Below, piece by piece: positions 36,083 through 45,646 of a DNA stretch of 64,000 nucleotides. How positions within the stretch are numbered: the stretch's first letter is position 1; every line of letters starts with the position of its first letter. The notes beneath the pieces were generated by a model, which did no database searches, was not told where the DNA came from, and saw only the letters and a list, made by a program, of their open reading frames with translations. Source of the stretch: an uncultured Isosphaeraceae bacterium (GTDB lineage: Bacteria > Planctomycetota > Phycisphaerae > Phycisphaerales > SM1A02); the NCBI GenBank assembly GCA_964638815.1, contig CAZXBB010000319.1, forward strand, positions 8,164 through 72,163, given 5' to 3'. Position numbers and translations under genes: made by a program.

Positions 36083-37087
36083 CTAGGGGCCGGGCTGGCG
36101 GACCGTCACCCCGACCAGCGGCCGCGTCTCACCCGTGTCGCGCATACGCGCGTCGATCACCACGCCCGACTCGTCGGGCAGCAGCGCCATGAAGCAGGTG
36201 ATCGGCTTGCTCGTGATCCGCGCCTCCTTCTCGCTCGACTTCAGGTGAAGCACCGCGACGACGACTGCCTCGCCGGACTCGATCTTCGCGATCAGGTCGT
36301 ACGGCGCCGTCACCTTCACGTCGCGCAGCTGCTTCGGCTCGAGCTCGATGAGCTCCTCGTCCTCCGGGGCGCCGGCGATCTTGATGCGCACCGGCGTGTC
36401 GAGCACGATGTCACGGAGCTGGGAGCGCACGGTGAACGTCAGACGCACGCGCTGCGGCGAGATCGATATCGACGAGTCCGAGGTGAGCTGCTCGGGCAGA
36501 CGCAGCGGGACGTCCTCGATGGTGTGCGCGATGCCGGCCTGGAGACGCTCGAGCTCGCCGCGCTGGATGAACGCCTCGACGATGAGGTCGTCCGGATAGA
36601 ACCGTCGCAGCAGCCCGGGCATGGAGACCGTCACCTGCGGCGGCTCCACGACGATGTCGCCCACCGTCTGTACGCCCGCGAGGATCGGACGCACGCGAGC
36701 CGGGATGCGGACGTACTGGTCCACTTCGATTGTCGCGTCCGATGGCGTCACAGACACCACGGACACGCCCGATTCCTGGATGCGGACGTGCCGCGAGACC
36801 GCCTCGAGAACGTCCACGAACTGCTCGCCGACCTCCGGCTTGAGGCTGACCTCGAGCACATCGAGCCCCTCGGCGTCCCGGATCGACCGCTGCGAGCCCA
36901 CGGCCGTGAGCGTCACCGCCATCGAGGAGGGGTTGATCAGCCACCGGTCGGACTCGGGCAGCGTGAACTCGATCCGCATGGGCGGGAGCGTCTCGGTGAC
37001 GCGCGTCTCGCTCGCGGCCCAGTACCACACGAGCACGGAGACCGCCGTGATGATGAGGATCGTCCAGATGTCGGTGCGCTGACTCAT
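36083..37087 (-). CDS. cdaR: YbbR-domain protein (CdaA regulator CdaR-like)
   Basis: N-terminal TM IWTILIITAVSVLVWYW followed by repeated YbbR-like beta modules. It lies immediately downstream of cdaA. Confidence 0.7.
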   Translation of the reverse strand: MSQRTDIWTILIITAVSVLVWYWAASETRVTETLPPMRIEFTLPESDRWLINPSSMAVTLTAVGSQRSIRDAEGLDVLEVSLKPEVGEQFVDVLEAVSRHVRIQESGVSVVSVTPSDATIEVDQYVRIPARVRPILAGVQTVGDIVVEPPQVTVSMPGLLRRFYPDDLIVEAFIQRGELERLQAGIAHTIEDVPLRLPEQLTSDSSISISPQRVRLTFTVRSQLRDIVLDTPVRIKIAGAPEDEELIELEPKQLRDVKVTAPYDLIAKIESGEAVVVAVLHLKSSEKEARITSKPITCFMALLPDESGVVIDARMRDTGETRPLVGVTVRQPGP

Positions 37088-37093
37088 GTGACG

Positions 37094-38032
37094 TCACACC
37101 GCCTCGCGCGCGACGGGCTCCTTCTTCCGCGGCTGCGCACCGGCCGGCGACTCGGGGGCGGCGGATGTGTCGTCGGTCTGCGTGTCCTCGTCGGTCGCCT
37201 CGGTTTCATCGTCGCCCGGGGGCTCTTCCTCGTCCGGGGACTCTTCCTCGGCCGGTGCGGCGAGCCGGCGGGCGAGCGTCTCCGGGAACTCGTCGCGCGC
37301 GAGGTCGTGATCGAGCCGGCCGTGCTCGGCGATGCTGATCGCGCCGGTCTCCTCGCTCACGATCACGACGAGACAGTCGCTCTCGAGCGAGAGGCCGGCC
37401 GCGGCGCGGTGGCGCGATCCCAGCCGCGCGGGCACCGCGCCCTCCTCCGCGAGCGGGAACTGCACGCTCGCCGCGAGGATGCGGTCGCCGCGGATCACCA
37501 CGCCGAGATCGTGCAGCGGGCTGTTCGGCCAGAAGATGGACTCGAGCAGACGCGCGTCGACCAGGGCGTCGATCGGCACGCCGGTCTCGATGACGCCGCC
37601 GAGCCGGCTCGTGCGCTCGATCGCGATCAGCGCGCCGAACTGGCTCTTGCTCAGGAAGGCGACGGCCTGCGCGACTGCGTCCACCACGGGGCGCACGTCC
37701 CGCCGCCCCGTGCGGAAGTTGATCGTCTGCCCGAGGCGGCTCATCGCCTGCCTCAGCTCCGGCTGGAACACGACGATGAGCAGGATCGCGAGCAGGCCGA
37801 GGAAGCGGTCGTACAGGAAGTTCAGCCGCGTGAACGCGCCGCTCGTCACCGCGAGCACGCGGATCGCGATCGTGCCGACGATGAGCACCACGGCGAAGCC
37901 CTTGACGACGCCGGCGCCGCGCGTGCCCTGGAGGAATCGGAAGATGACGTAGACGCCGACCCAGATGACGGCCAGCTCGACGGCAAGCTGCCACGGCTCG
38001 ACGCCGGGAATGAGCTGCCTCAGATCCCACAT
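37094..38032 (-). CDS. cdaA: diadenylate cyclase CdaA (c-di-AMP synthase) with an acidic C-terminal tail
   Basis: Three N-terminal TM segments. DAC domain: ...GALIAIERTSRLGGVIETGVPIDA...PLHDLGVVIRGDRILAA...LGSRHRAAAGLS...VVIVSEETGAISIA. Confidence 0.9.
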   Translation of the reverse strand: MWDLRQLIPGVEPWQLAVELAVIWVGVYVIFRFLQGTRGAGVVKGFAVVLIVGTIAIRVLAVTSGAFTRLNFLYDRFLGLLAILLIVVFQPELRQAMSRLGQTINFRTGRRDVRPVVDAVAQAVAFLSKSQFGALIAIERTSRLGGVIETGVPIDALVDARLLESIFWPNSPLHDLGVVIRGDRILAASVQFPLAEEGAVPARLGSRHRAAAGLSLESDCLVVIVSEETGAISIAEHGRLDHDLARDEFPETLARRLAAPAEEESPDEEEPPGDDETEATDEDTQTDDTSAAPESPAGAQPRKKEPVAREAV

Positions 38033-38136
38033 GACGGATCGACTCGGTTACGGATCGGACGTCGGCGCGTCATGCACATCACATTGGAGTATATCGGAGC
38101 CGCGCCCTGGCCGGATCGAGCGAATTCGGCCCGACC

Positions 38137-38145
38137 TGCTACGAT
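38137..38145 (+). promoter_or_regulatory. candidate extended -10 (TGcTACGAT), 7 nt upstream of ATG 38153 (leaderless-type)
   Basis: cctgctacgatcccggcgATG, with no SD. Confidence 0.35.
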
Positions 38146-38152
38146 CCCGGCG

Positions 38153-38737
38153 ATGTCGCGCTTCGGAACGCAGTACCAGGTCGCCCGCCCCACCGGCGTC
38201 TGCGCCGCCAGCGGAAATCCGCTCGAGCCCGGCTCGACATGCGTGGCCGCGCTCTGCGAGCGATCCGAGGACGCCGAGAACGCCGAGAACGCCGAGAACG
38301 AAGGCTTCGAGCGTCTCGACTACACGCTCGAGGCATGGGAGGCCGGCGCGCGGCCGGAGCGTCTCTTCAGCTTCTGGAAGACCGTCGTCGCCGAGCCGGG
38401 GGCCCGCCGCCGGCTTTTCGTGGACGACGAGGTGCTCGTTGATCTCTTCGTGCGACTCGCGGACGAAACGCAGCCGCGACGCGTCGCGTTTCGTTTCGTG
38501 CTCGCGCTGATCCTGATGAGGAAGAAGCTGCTCAGGTTCGCCGGCCGGAAGGCCGCCGCGCGGGAGGCCGCAGGCAATGACGCGGCCGGACCGCGCGCGC
38601 CCGAGCAATGGCTGATGCGGCTGCGCGGCTCGGCGCCCGAGGATCCGCCGATCGAGGTCGCGAACCCGCACCTGGACGACGACGATGTGCGGGAGCTGAC
38701 GGCCCAGCTCGGTGAGATCCTCCAGAGCGAGTTCTGA
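38153..38737 (+). CDS. hypothetical protein, 194 aa
   Basis: This is the last 194 codons of the artefactual 830-aa track ORF 36245..38737; the remainder is antisense to cdaR/cdaA. Contains an (AEN)x3 repeat at 38273-38299. Confidence 0.55.
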   Translation: MSRFGTQYQVARPTGVCAASGNPLEPGSTCVAALCERSEDAENAENAENEGFERLDYTLEAWEAGARPERLFSFWKTVVAEPGARRRLFVDDEVLVDLFVRLADETQPRRVAFRFVLALILMRKKLLRFAGRKAAAREAAGNDAAGPRAPEQWLMRLRGSAPEDPPIEVANPHLDDDDVRELTAQLGEILQSEF

Positions 38738-38753
38738 ACAGGTCCTCCCTGCG

Positions 38754-39725
38754 ATGCCACAGAGCGGTCGAACCCTGACCCCCGCGCCCCGGACCGGGGC
38801 GGTCGCGCGCACGCTCGCCGCCGTGGTCGCGGTCGCGGTCGCGGTCGCGGCGCTCGCGGGCTGCGCAACGTCGGACCCGGGCCGGGCGCCGGTCGGGCCG
38901 CCGCCGGGGTCCGCGGTCGAACCGGACCCTGCGCCCGTCGCCGACCTCATCGCCCGCTACAACGAGCGGGTCCGGATGCTCGACGCGACCTATGCCCGAG
39001 GCGTCCTCGAGTTCCGCTGGATCGACGGCGAGGGCGCCGAGCACTTCGAGCCGCAGATCAATGCGAAGCTGTGGATCGACCTGCCGAGGCACACGGCGCT
39101 GCGCGGCGAGAAGCTCGGCGACACGTACCTCTGGCTCGGCTCCGACGCGGACCGATACTGGATGTTCGATCTCGTCGGCGACACGAGCCGCCTCTACGTC
39201 GGACGGCACGACACCTTTACGGAGCAGGACGCGGCGGCCGTCCTCGTCCGGCCGGTGACCCTGCTCGACCTCGTCGGGCTCACGCCGCTGCCGTCGTTCG
39301 ACCCGGCCGCGGTCGCCTTCGACCACGAGCGCGGTGCATGGGCGATCACCGCGGCCGGCGCCGGCGGAGACATGCGCGTGTACATCGATCCGGCGACCGC
39401 CCTCCCGTCGCGCGTCGAGTCGATCGACGCGACCGGCGAGGTCATCCTGTTCAGCACGCTCCGCCGCTACGCGGGGGTCCGCCTCCCCGGGATGTCGGCG
39501 CTGGCCCTGCCGCGGATGGCGACGCTCATCGACATCACGAACCCCGCCCGCACGATCGCGGTCAAGCTCGCCTTCGACGAGATCACCGGCGAGACCGAGC
39601 CGCGTGTGTTCGACCTCGCGGCGCTGACGCGTCATTTGCGCCCCGATCGGATCGAGGGGCCGGGGGTCGATTCGGGGGTCGAGCCGGGGGTCGAGCCGGG
39701 GGTCGAGCCGGGCGCAGTCCGATAA
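38754..39725 (+). CDS. lipoprotein (possible LolB/LolA-like fold), with a C-terminal (GVEP)n repeat
   Basis: ATG 38754 gives ...AVVAVAVAVAALAGC (lipobox). The C-terminus GPGVDSGVEPGVEPGVEPGAVR comes from a 12-bp x4 array at 39663-39710. The fold guess is weak. Confidence 0.6.
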   Translation: MPQSGRTLTPAPRTGAVARTLAAVVAVAVAVAALAGCATSDPGRAPVGPPPGSAVEPDPAPVADLIARYNERVRMLDATYARGVLEFRWIDGEGAEHFEPQINAKLWIDLPRHTALRGEKLGDTYLWLGSDADRYWMFDLVGDTSRLYVGRHDTFTEQDAAAVLVRPVTLLDLVGLTPLPSFDPAAVAFDHERGAWAITAAGAGGDMRVYIDPATALPSRVESIDATGEVILFSTLRRYAGVRLPGMSALALPRMATLIDITNPARTIAVKLAFDEITGETEPRVFDLAALTRHLRPDRIEGPGVDSGVEPGVEPGVEPGAVR

Positions 39726-39804
39726 TCCGGCCGCCGCGGCGCGGGACCAGCTCACGGTCGGACGCGAGCGGCGCCACCACACGCGGCACACGCGCAGCAC
39801 TGCT

Positions 39805-39822
39805 CCCCCAACCGGTTGGGGG
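39805..39822. terminator. perfect 18-nt palindrome cccccaaccggttggggg, candidate terminator or operator
   Basis: Self-complementary. It lies 80 nt after the lipoprotein stop, inside a 292-nt gap before the TPR gene. Confidence 0.4.
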
Positions 39823-40017
39823 TCCCGCCGCGGCGCCGCGCGCGGCCGTTTGCAAGGACCGCAAAAAGGGCCTTCCCGCCCCGGCGAATGCTGCAGTTGC
39901 GCGACGGCTGGGACCGATAAGCCGTTCGACGGCGAATGGAGTCGCCGACCAGGGACGGTCGAAGGCGCCGCCCGCGCCGCCCGCGGGGATTGCGCGCCAA
40001 GTCGGTGGAGAGGATCT

Positions 40018-42588
40018 GTGGCCGACGATCTTGGACAGCTCGACGAGGACCTGGAAGGCGCCTCGTCCGGCGAGGACATGGATGACGAGGCGTCCGGCGT
40101 CGCCGGTGACCCGGGGTCGTCGCTCGACCGGAGCGAGTGGACGAGCTGGTCCAACCTCTGGCAGGTGCCCGCCATCGCGCTCAGCGTCGTCCTGATCTCG
40201 CTCGGGCTGTACGTCGCCAGCTCGCGACGCCCCGCGAACGACTTTGACGGCGTGCTCGATCACGTGGACCACCTGATCGCGACCGCCGCTTTCGATACCG
40301 CGCGCCAGGAGTTGCAGGCGACGATCGAGCCGTTCCTGTCGGAGGCGACGCCGCAGCAGACGGCTCGCTACCACGCCACCGTCGCCGACTGGATCTTCGC
40401 ATCCCAGGCCGCGCGCGGCGTCAGCGTCACCGGGAACAACCAGCTCATCGACCGCGAGTACGGGCTGACCGAAGGCGCCATCGTGCTCTCCCCCGCGCGG
40501 CTGGAGCGCTGGACCGAGACCCTGATCGAGCTCGGCCGCCTCGACGACGCGCGGGCGCGGCTCGCGGAGATCGAGGCGATGAGCGTCACGGACGCGGCGG
40601 GCCTCGATGCCCGGCTTCGACGCAACCGCCTGCTCCGTCGGCTCGTCGAGGTAAGCCTTCGGAAGGAGGAGCTCTCCTACGACGCGACGATGGCGATCCT
40701 CGACCACTACCGCGACGACCCGCTGCTCGAGTCCGCGGACGTGGCGTGGGTCGTCGCCCGGCAGGCGGAGCTGCGTCTCGAGGCCGGCGACGCCGGCCCG
40801 GCCGTCGAACGGCTCTTCGTCGAGATGCGGCGGCTCGAGCAGAGCGAAGAGGTCGCGGACCCGAACATCTGGGCCGAGCTGTATACGCTCCTTGGGCGCG
40901 GGTACTACCACCAGGGTCGCTCCGAGCAGGCCGCGTACTACCTCGACGAGGCGATGAAGCGCGCGGAGCCCGCGCGAGCGGAGCGGGGGCCGGCGCTGCT
41001 GTACCTCGGCTACATCGATATGGCCGCCGGCGAGGTCGACCGCGCATTCCAGCGATTCGACGAAGTGACGCGGGCGTTCCCGGGCGAGTACGTCTTCCTG
41101 CCGGCGCTGCTCGCGCGGGCGGAGACGGCGAGCATCGCCGGCCGTCACCGCGAGAGCCTCGAGGACTACCGCCGGCTCGTCGAGCGGCTCCCGGACGCGG
41201 GCGAGCGTCGCGACGTGACCCCGCGGGTCGTCGCCGCCAGCCTTGCGGACCGGCACGACGCGGCGCTCACGATCGGCAACCTGCCGCTCGCGCTCGACTA
41301 CGTCGCGCTGGCAGAGGCGCTCTTCGAGGCCGGGGCGGTGCCGACCGACGTCCTGCGTCGCATCGCGTCAACCTCGCGGCAGATCGCCGACGATCTCATG
41401 GCGGAGGCGGTCGCGCTGATGCCCGACGGACCTGTCCGCCTCGAGGACGTCGATCCGCAGCTTCGCCTCGAGGCCGCCGGGCACTACGAGCAGGCGGGTG
41501 CGTATTTCCTGCGTCACGCGCGGGCGGTGGCCGCCGTTCCCGACGCCGAGGAACTGTGGGCGGATTCGCTATGGCTCGCCGGAGACAGTCTCGATCTCGC
41601 CGGCGACCGCGCGGACGCGATCGGGCTCTTCATCGAATACATCGCCGGTCGTCCGCTCGACGATCCGCGGCGTGCCGAGATCACCTACCGCCTCGGGCAG
41701 GCGCAGGAGGCGGAGGAACAGTACGAAGCGGCCGCCGGGTCGTACGCGCGCGTGATCGAGGAACACCCCCGCGGGCCGTTCGGCACCGGGAGTCACGTGC
41801 CCCTCGCGCGTTGTCTCGTCGCACTCGACCGCGGCCGCGACGCCGCCCGCACGCTCGCCCGCGTGGTGGACGGCCGGGAGGGCCCGGACGCTCCGATCAC
41901 GCCGGATGCCACGGACTACCGCGATGCTCTCGTCGCGCTGGGCAAGATCCACTACGACGCGGGCGAGACGAAGGAGGCGATCGAGCGTCTCACCGTGGCG
42001 GCGGAGCGCTACCCCGACGACCCGCGCATCAACGAGGTGCGCTTCCGCCTGGCCGACAGCCACCGCCGCTTCGCGCACGCGATCCGGGAGGAGCTGCGCA
42101 CCGAGGGCGGGCTCTCCCCGCAGGAGCGCAACGGCCGCGAGCAGGCCGCCGCGAACCACCTGGCGACCGCCCGGAGGTTGTTCGCCCGCGTCGGCGACGG
42201 TTATGCGGCGCTCGACGAGCGTCGTCTGGACCGCCTCCAGCGCGACTACCGACGCAACGCCGCGCTGTACCGCGCCGACTGCGTCTTCGACCTCGGGGAG
42301 TACGCGGAAGCCGCCAGGCTCTACGACCACGCGTCGCGACAGTTCAGCGATCACCACGCTTCGATGCACGCGCTGGTGCAGATCGTCAACTGCTTCGACC
42401 GGCTCGGCGTCCAGCGCGACGCCGACATCGCCCACCAGAACGCGCTGACGCGGCTGCGACAGCTTCCCGACTCGACGTTTGACGATCCGCAGGCGCTGAT
42501 GGACCGGGCGGCGTGGGAGCGATGGCTCCGCAACCGTCCCGTCGGCCTGGCGCAGGCGACGGGGGAAGGCCCCGGCACGACGCCCTGA
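40018..42588 (+). CDS. membrane-anchored TPR-repeat protein
   Basis: Track ORF 39850..42588. GTG 40018 is preferred because ggagagga lies upstream. It has an acidic N-terminus, one TM (VPAIALSVVLISLGLYV) and then many TPR-like helical repeats. The start is uncertain. Confidence 0.65.
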   Translation: MADDLGQLDEDLEGASSGEDMDDEASGVAGDPGSSLDRSEWTSWSNLWQVPAIALSVVLISLGLYVASSRRPANDFDGVLDHVDHLIATAAFDTARQELQATIEPFLSEATPQQTARYHATVADWIFASQAARGVSVTGNNQLIDREYGLTEGAIVLSPARLERWTETLIELGRLDDARARLAEIEAMSVTDAAGLDARLRRNRLLRRLVEVSLRKEELSYDATMAILDHYRDDPLLESADVAWVVARQAELRLEAGDAGPAVERLFVEMRRLEQSEEVADPNIWAELYTLLGRGYYHQGRSEQAAYYLDEAMKRAEPARAERGPALLYLGYIDMAAGEVDRAFQRFDEVTRAFPGEYVFLPALLARAETASIAGRHRESLEDYRRLVERLPDAGERRDVTPRVVAASLADRHDAALTIGNLPLALDYVALAEALFEAGAVPTDVLRRIASTSRQIADDLMAEAVALMPDGPVRLEDVDPQLRLEAAGHYEQAGAYFLRHARAVAAVPDAEELWADSLWLAGDSLDLAGDRADAIGLFIEYIAGRPLDDPRRAEITYRLGQAQEAEEQYEAAAGSYARVIEEHPRGPFGTGSHVPLARCLVALDRGRDAARTLARVVDGREGPDAPITPDATDYRDALVALGKIHYDAGETKEAIERLTVAAERYPDDPRINEVRFRLADSHRRFAHAIREELRTEGGLSPQERNGREQAAANHLATARRLFARVGDGYAALDERRLDRLQRDYRRNAALYRADCVFDLGEYAEAARLYDHASRQFSDHHASMHALVQIVNCFDRLGVQRDADIAHQNALTRLRQLPDSTFDDPQALMDRAAWERWLRNRPVGLAQATGEGPGTTP

Positions 42589-42599
42589 AAGGACACGAC

Positions 42600-43067
42600 T
42601 TGTCTCGCGACGCCGACAACCCGCGCGACTGGACGGCGACCCTGATCGGTCTGCTCGAGCGGCAGCAGACGCTGGTCACGGAGCTCGCCGGGCTCGCGCG
42701 CAGCCAATCGGAGCTGATCGAGACGCGCCGGACCGACGCGCTCCTCGGGCTGCTCTCGCGGCGGCAGCGTCTCATCGATGCGTTTTCGGCGTCGCAGGAG
42801 GAGCTTGGGCAGATCACCGGGAACCTCGATGCGCAGGTCGGGGACCTCGAGCCGGCCGAGCGGACGCGCATCCAGACGCTCATCGCCGCGATCGGCGAGC
42901 AGCTCACGGACGTCATGCAGTGCGACGGGAACGACCAGCAGATGCTCGAGCGCGTGCGGGGCGAGACCGCGCGGGAGCTCTCGGGTGTCGACGCCGCGCG
43001 GACCGCGCGCAACGCGTACCGCGACCGCGGCGCGCCCGGAAGCCGCTTCGCGGATCGGACCGGATGA
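42600..43067 (+). CDS. FlgN-like flagellar export chaperone (tentative)
   Basis: Track ORF 42513..43067. TTG 42600 lies just after the TPR stop, with aagga upstream. The protein is all-helical with Leu/Gln/Glu-rich heptad-like content, as in FlgN, and sits next to flagellar regulators. Confidence 0.4.
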   Translation: MSRDADNPRDWTATLIGLLERQQTLVTELAGLARSQSELIETRRTDALLGLLSRRQRLIDAFSASQEELGQITGNLDAQVGDLEPAERTRIQTLIAAIGEQLTDVMQCDGNDQQMLERVRGETARELSGVDAARTARNAYRDRGAPGSRFADRTG

Positions 43068-43071
43068 GACG

Positions 43072-44031
43072 ATGACGACGATCGAGCGCCCCATCACGGA
43101 CCGACGGCTGCACGACGCCGCGATCGCGCCGCGCGCGCTCGCCGCCGACGACCTGCGCGAGCTCATGGAGCAGGTCAACGCGACGGCGGATCAGCTCTCG
43201 CGCACCCAGGTCATCCTCCAGAACGAGGTCACCCGGCTGCGCCGGGAGCTCGAGGAGGCGAACAAGAAGCTCCGTCGCTCGCGCTCCCTGGCCGCGCTCG
43301 GCGAGATGGCCGCGGGCATCGCCCACGAGATCCGCAACCCCATCGCGGCCATCCAGCTCACGGCGCAGACGCTCGCGGAGGAGGTCGAGGCGGATTCCGG
43401 CCGGCGGCTGCTCTGCGAGAAGATCCGCAGGGCCGTCGACACCGCCGACGCCATCGTCCGCGACGTGCTGCTCTTCGCGCGCGACATGACGATCCGGCCG
43501 ACGCCCACGACGGCCCGGGAGCTCGTCGCTCACGCGGTCGCCGGCTGCGAGGCCGTGACGCTGCGGGGCGGCGTGGACGTCGCGATCGACGTCCCCGACG
43601 ATGAGACCTTCATGCTCGAGGTGGACACGCACCTCATGATGCAGGCGATCGGCAACGTCGTGCGCAACGCCGTCGAGGCGATGGCGGAGCAGGAAGGGCC
43701 GCGCAAGCTGCGCGTCACGGCCGCCCGCGAGCGCATCCGCGGCGGCGACGGACGCGGCGCGCACCTCGTGCTGCTGACCTTCGAAGACACCGGCCCCGGC
43801 ATCCCGCCGGAGGTCGTCGACCGGATGTTCAACCCGTTCTTCACGACGCGTCCGACCGGCACGGGTCTCGGGCTGGCGATCGTGCATCGCATCATCGACG
43901 CGCACGGCGGCCAGATCCAGGTCCGGCGCGCGGCGATCGGGGGAGCGCGGGTGGACCTCTGCCTGCCGCCGCGTGCGGCGTGCGGCGACGCGAGCAACGA
44001 ACAAGTCCCTCAGGAGATGGTGGCCCCATGA
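43072..44031 (+). CDS. cytoplasmic sensor histidine kinase (NtrB/FlgS-like)
   Basis: Coiled coil, then H-box LGEMAAGIAHEIRNPIAAI; N-box ...GNVVRNAVEAM; G-boxes FEDTGPGIP...GTGLGLAIV. No TM segment. Confidence 0.85.
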   Translation: MTTIERPITDRRLHDAAIAPRALAADDLRELMEQVNATADQLSRTQVILQNEVTRLRRELEEANKKLRRSRSLAALGEMAAGIAHEIRNPIAAIQLTAQTLAEEVEADSGRRLLCEKIRRAVDTADAIVRDVLLFARDMTIRPTPTTARELVAHAVAGCEAVTLRGGVDVAIDVPDDETFMLEVDTHLMMQAIGNVVRNAVEAMAEQEGPRKLRVTAARERIRGGDGRGAHLVLLTFEDTGPGIPPEVVDRMFNPFFTTRPTGTGLGLAIVHRIIDAHGGQIQVRRAAIGGARVDLCLPPRAACGDASNEQVPQEMVAP

Positions 44032-45497
44032 GCAAGATCCTGATCGTCGATGACAAGGAAATGATGCGCGACAGCGTTGCGACGACCCTTTCTCGCAAGG
44101 GGCACGCCGTGACCACCGCCCCCGGCGGGAAGGCCGCGATCAAGAAGATCACGGAAGGTCGCGTCGACGTCGTCGTGACCGACCTCCAGATGCCCGAGAT
44201 GGACGGGCTCGAGCTGCTGACGGAGATCCGTGCGATCGACGACCAGTTGCCCGTCGTGTTCATCACGGCGTTTGGCACGGTGGAGACGGCGGTGGCCGCG
44301 CTGAAACAGGGCGCATTCGACTACATCACGAAGCCGTTCTCAGGCGACGAGCTCCTGCTCGCCGTCGAGCGGGCGATCGAGCACCGGCGTCTCGTCCACG
44401 AGAACCAGGTGCTCCGCGCGGCCGCGACGCCGTCCGGCACGCGGCCGGCGCCGCACCAGCACTCGCTTATCGGCTCCGGCGGCGTCATGCGCGGCCTGCT
44501 CGAGCGGCTCGAGCGGCTCGCCGCCAGCCACGGCACCGTGCTCATCACGGGCGAGTCCGGGGCCGGCAAGGAGGCCGCCGCCCGGCGCATCCACGAGAAG
44601 TCGCCCCGGCACGACCAGCCGTTCCTCGCGATCAACTGCGCTGCGCTCTCCACGAGCCTGCTGGAGTCGGAGCTGTTCGGGCACGAGAAAGGCGCGTTCA
44701 CCGGCGCCGACCGCCTCCGCAAGGGCCGCTTCGAGCTCGCCGACGGAGGCACGCTGCTGCTCGACGAGATCAGCGAGATTGCGCCGTCCGTGCAGGCGAA
44801 GCTCCTTCGCGTGCTCCAGGAGCAGAGCTTCGAGCGCGTGGGATCGAGCCGGAGCCTCTGTGTTGACGTGCGCGTGATCGCCACGACCAACCGCGACCTG
44901 CCCATCGAGGTCGCCGGCGGGCGATTCCGCCAGGATCTCTACTACCGGCTGAACGTGCTGCCGCTCACGATGCCGGCGCTGCGCGAGCACTCCGAGGACG
45001 TGCCGGAGCTCGCCGGGTACTTCCTCGCGAGGGTCGCCGAGCGCGAGGGCAAGGAGCCGAAGACGCTCGAGCCGGGCGCGATCGACCTGCTCCGGCGGTA
45101 CGGCTGGCCGGGGAACGTGCGCGAGCTTCAGAACATCTGCGAGCGCGCTGCCGTGCTCACTCGCGGCGAGACGATCATGGCGTCGCTCATCGCGCCGTGG
45201 CTCGGCACGATGACGCGGGCGACGGTGACTCCCGGGCAGCCGGCGGTCCCCGCGCAGGCGTCGGGACTTCCGGCGTCGATGGTCGAGGCCAAGCCGACCA
45301 CGGAGCAGGCGTCGAACATCGTCTGCGACGGCGACGTGACCCTCGACGACGTCGAGCGCGAGGTGATCGTGGCGACGCTTCAGCACAACGGCGGCCACCG
45401 CCAGAAGAGCGCCAGGGCGCTCGGGATCGGCGTGCGGACGCTCGGGCTGAAGCTCAAGAAGTGGAAGGAGCAGCGCATTGTCGAGCAGACGCTCTAG
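44028..45497 (+). CDS. sigma-54-dependent response regulator (NtrC family; FlgR/FleR-like by context)
   Basis: REC: ILIVDDKEMMRD...VVVTDLQMPEMDG. AAA+: GESGAGKE...EKGAFTGA...LLDEI. C-terminal HTH. ATGA overlap with the kinase gene. Confidence 0.9.
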   Translation: MSKILIVDDKEMMRDSVATTLSRKGHAVTTAPGGKAAIKKITEGRVDVVVTDLQMPEMDGLELLTEIRAIDDQLPVVFITAFGTVETAVAALKQGAFDYITKPFSGDELLLAVERAIEHRRLVHENQVLRAAATPSGTRPAPHQHSLIGSGGVMRGLLERLERLAASHGTVLITGESGAGKEAAARRIHEKSPRHDQPFLAINCAALSTSLLESELFGHEKGAFTGADRLRKGRFELADGGTLLLDEISEIAPSVQAKLLRVLQEQSFERVGSSRSLCVDVRVIATTNRDLPIEVAGGRFRQDLYYRLNVLPLTMPALREHSEDVPELAGYFLARVAEREGKEPKTLEPGAIDLLRRYGWPGNVRELQNICERAAVLTRGETIMASLIAPWLGTMTRATVTPGQPAVPAQASGLPASMVEAKPTTEQASNIVCDGDVTLDDVEREVIVATLQHNGGHRQKSARALGIGVRTLGLKLKKWKEQRIVEQTL

Positions 45498-45630
45498 TCA
45501 GCATTCTGCATGGACCGGGTCGTCTCGCCCCACCGGCCGCGAAGCGCAGCTTCGGCCGGACCGACGCGGCGCCGCGCACGTTCTGCGGAGCGCGTCGCCG
45601 CCGCGCGGGATGGCGGTGCGGCGGGCGCGA

Positions 45631-45646
45631 CGGTCCGCCGTTTGCT
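45631..45646 (+). promoter_or_regulatory. candidate sigma-54 promoter (-24 GG / -12 TTGC) upstream of flgB
   Basis: cGGtccgccgtTTGCt has the exact GG-N10-GC spacing of TGGCACG-N4-TTGC. It ends 35 nt before the flgB ATG (45681) and lies directly downstream of a sigma-54 activator gene. Confidence 0.4.

Noticed and set aside
36245-38737. An 830-aa plus-strand ORF.
   Set aside because: Its first ~635 codons are antisense to cdaR and cdaA and look like a GC artefact. Only the last 194 codons (38153..38737), which lie in an otherwise empty interval after a -10-like element, were kept.
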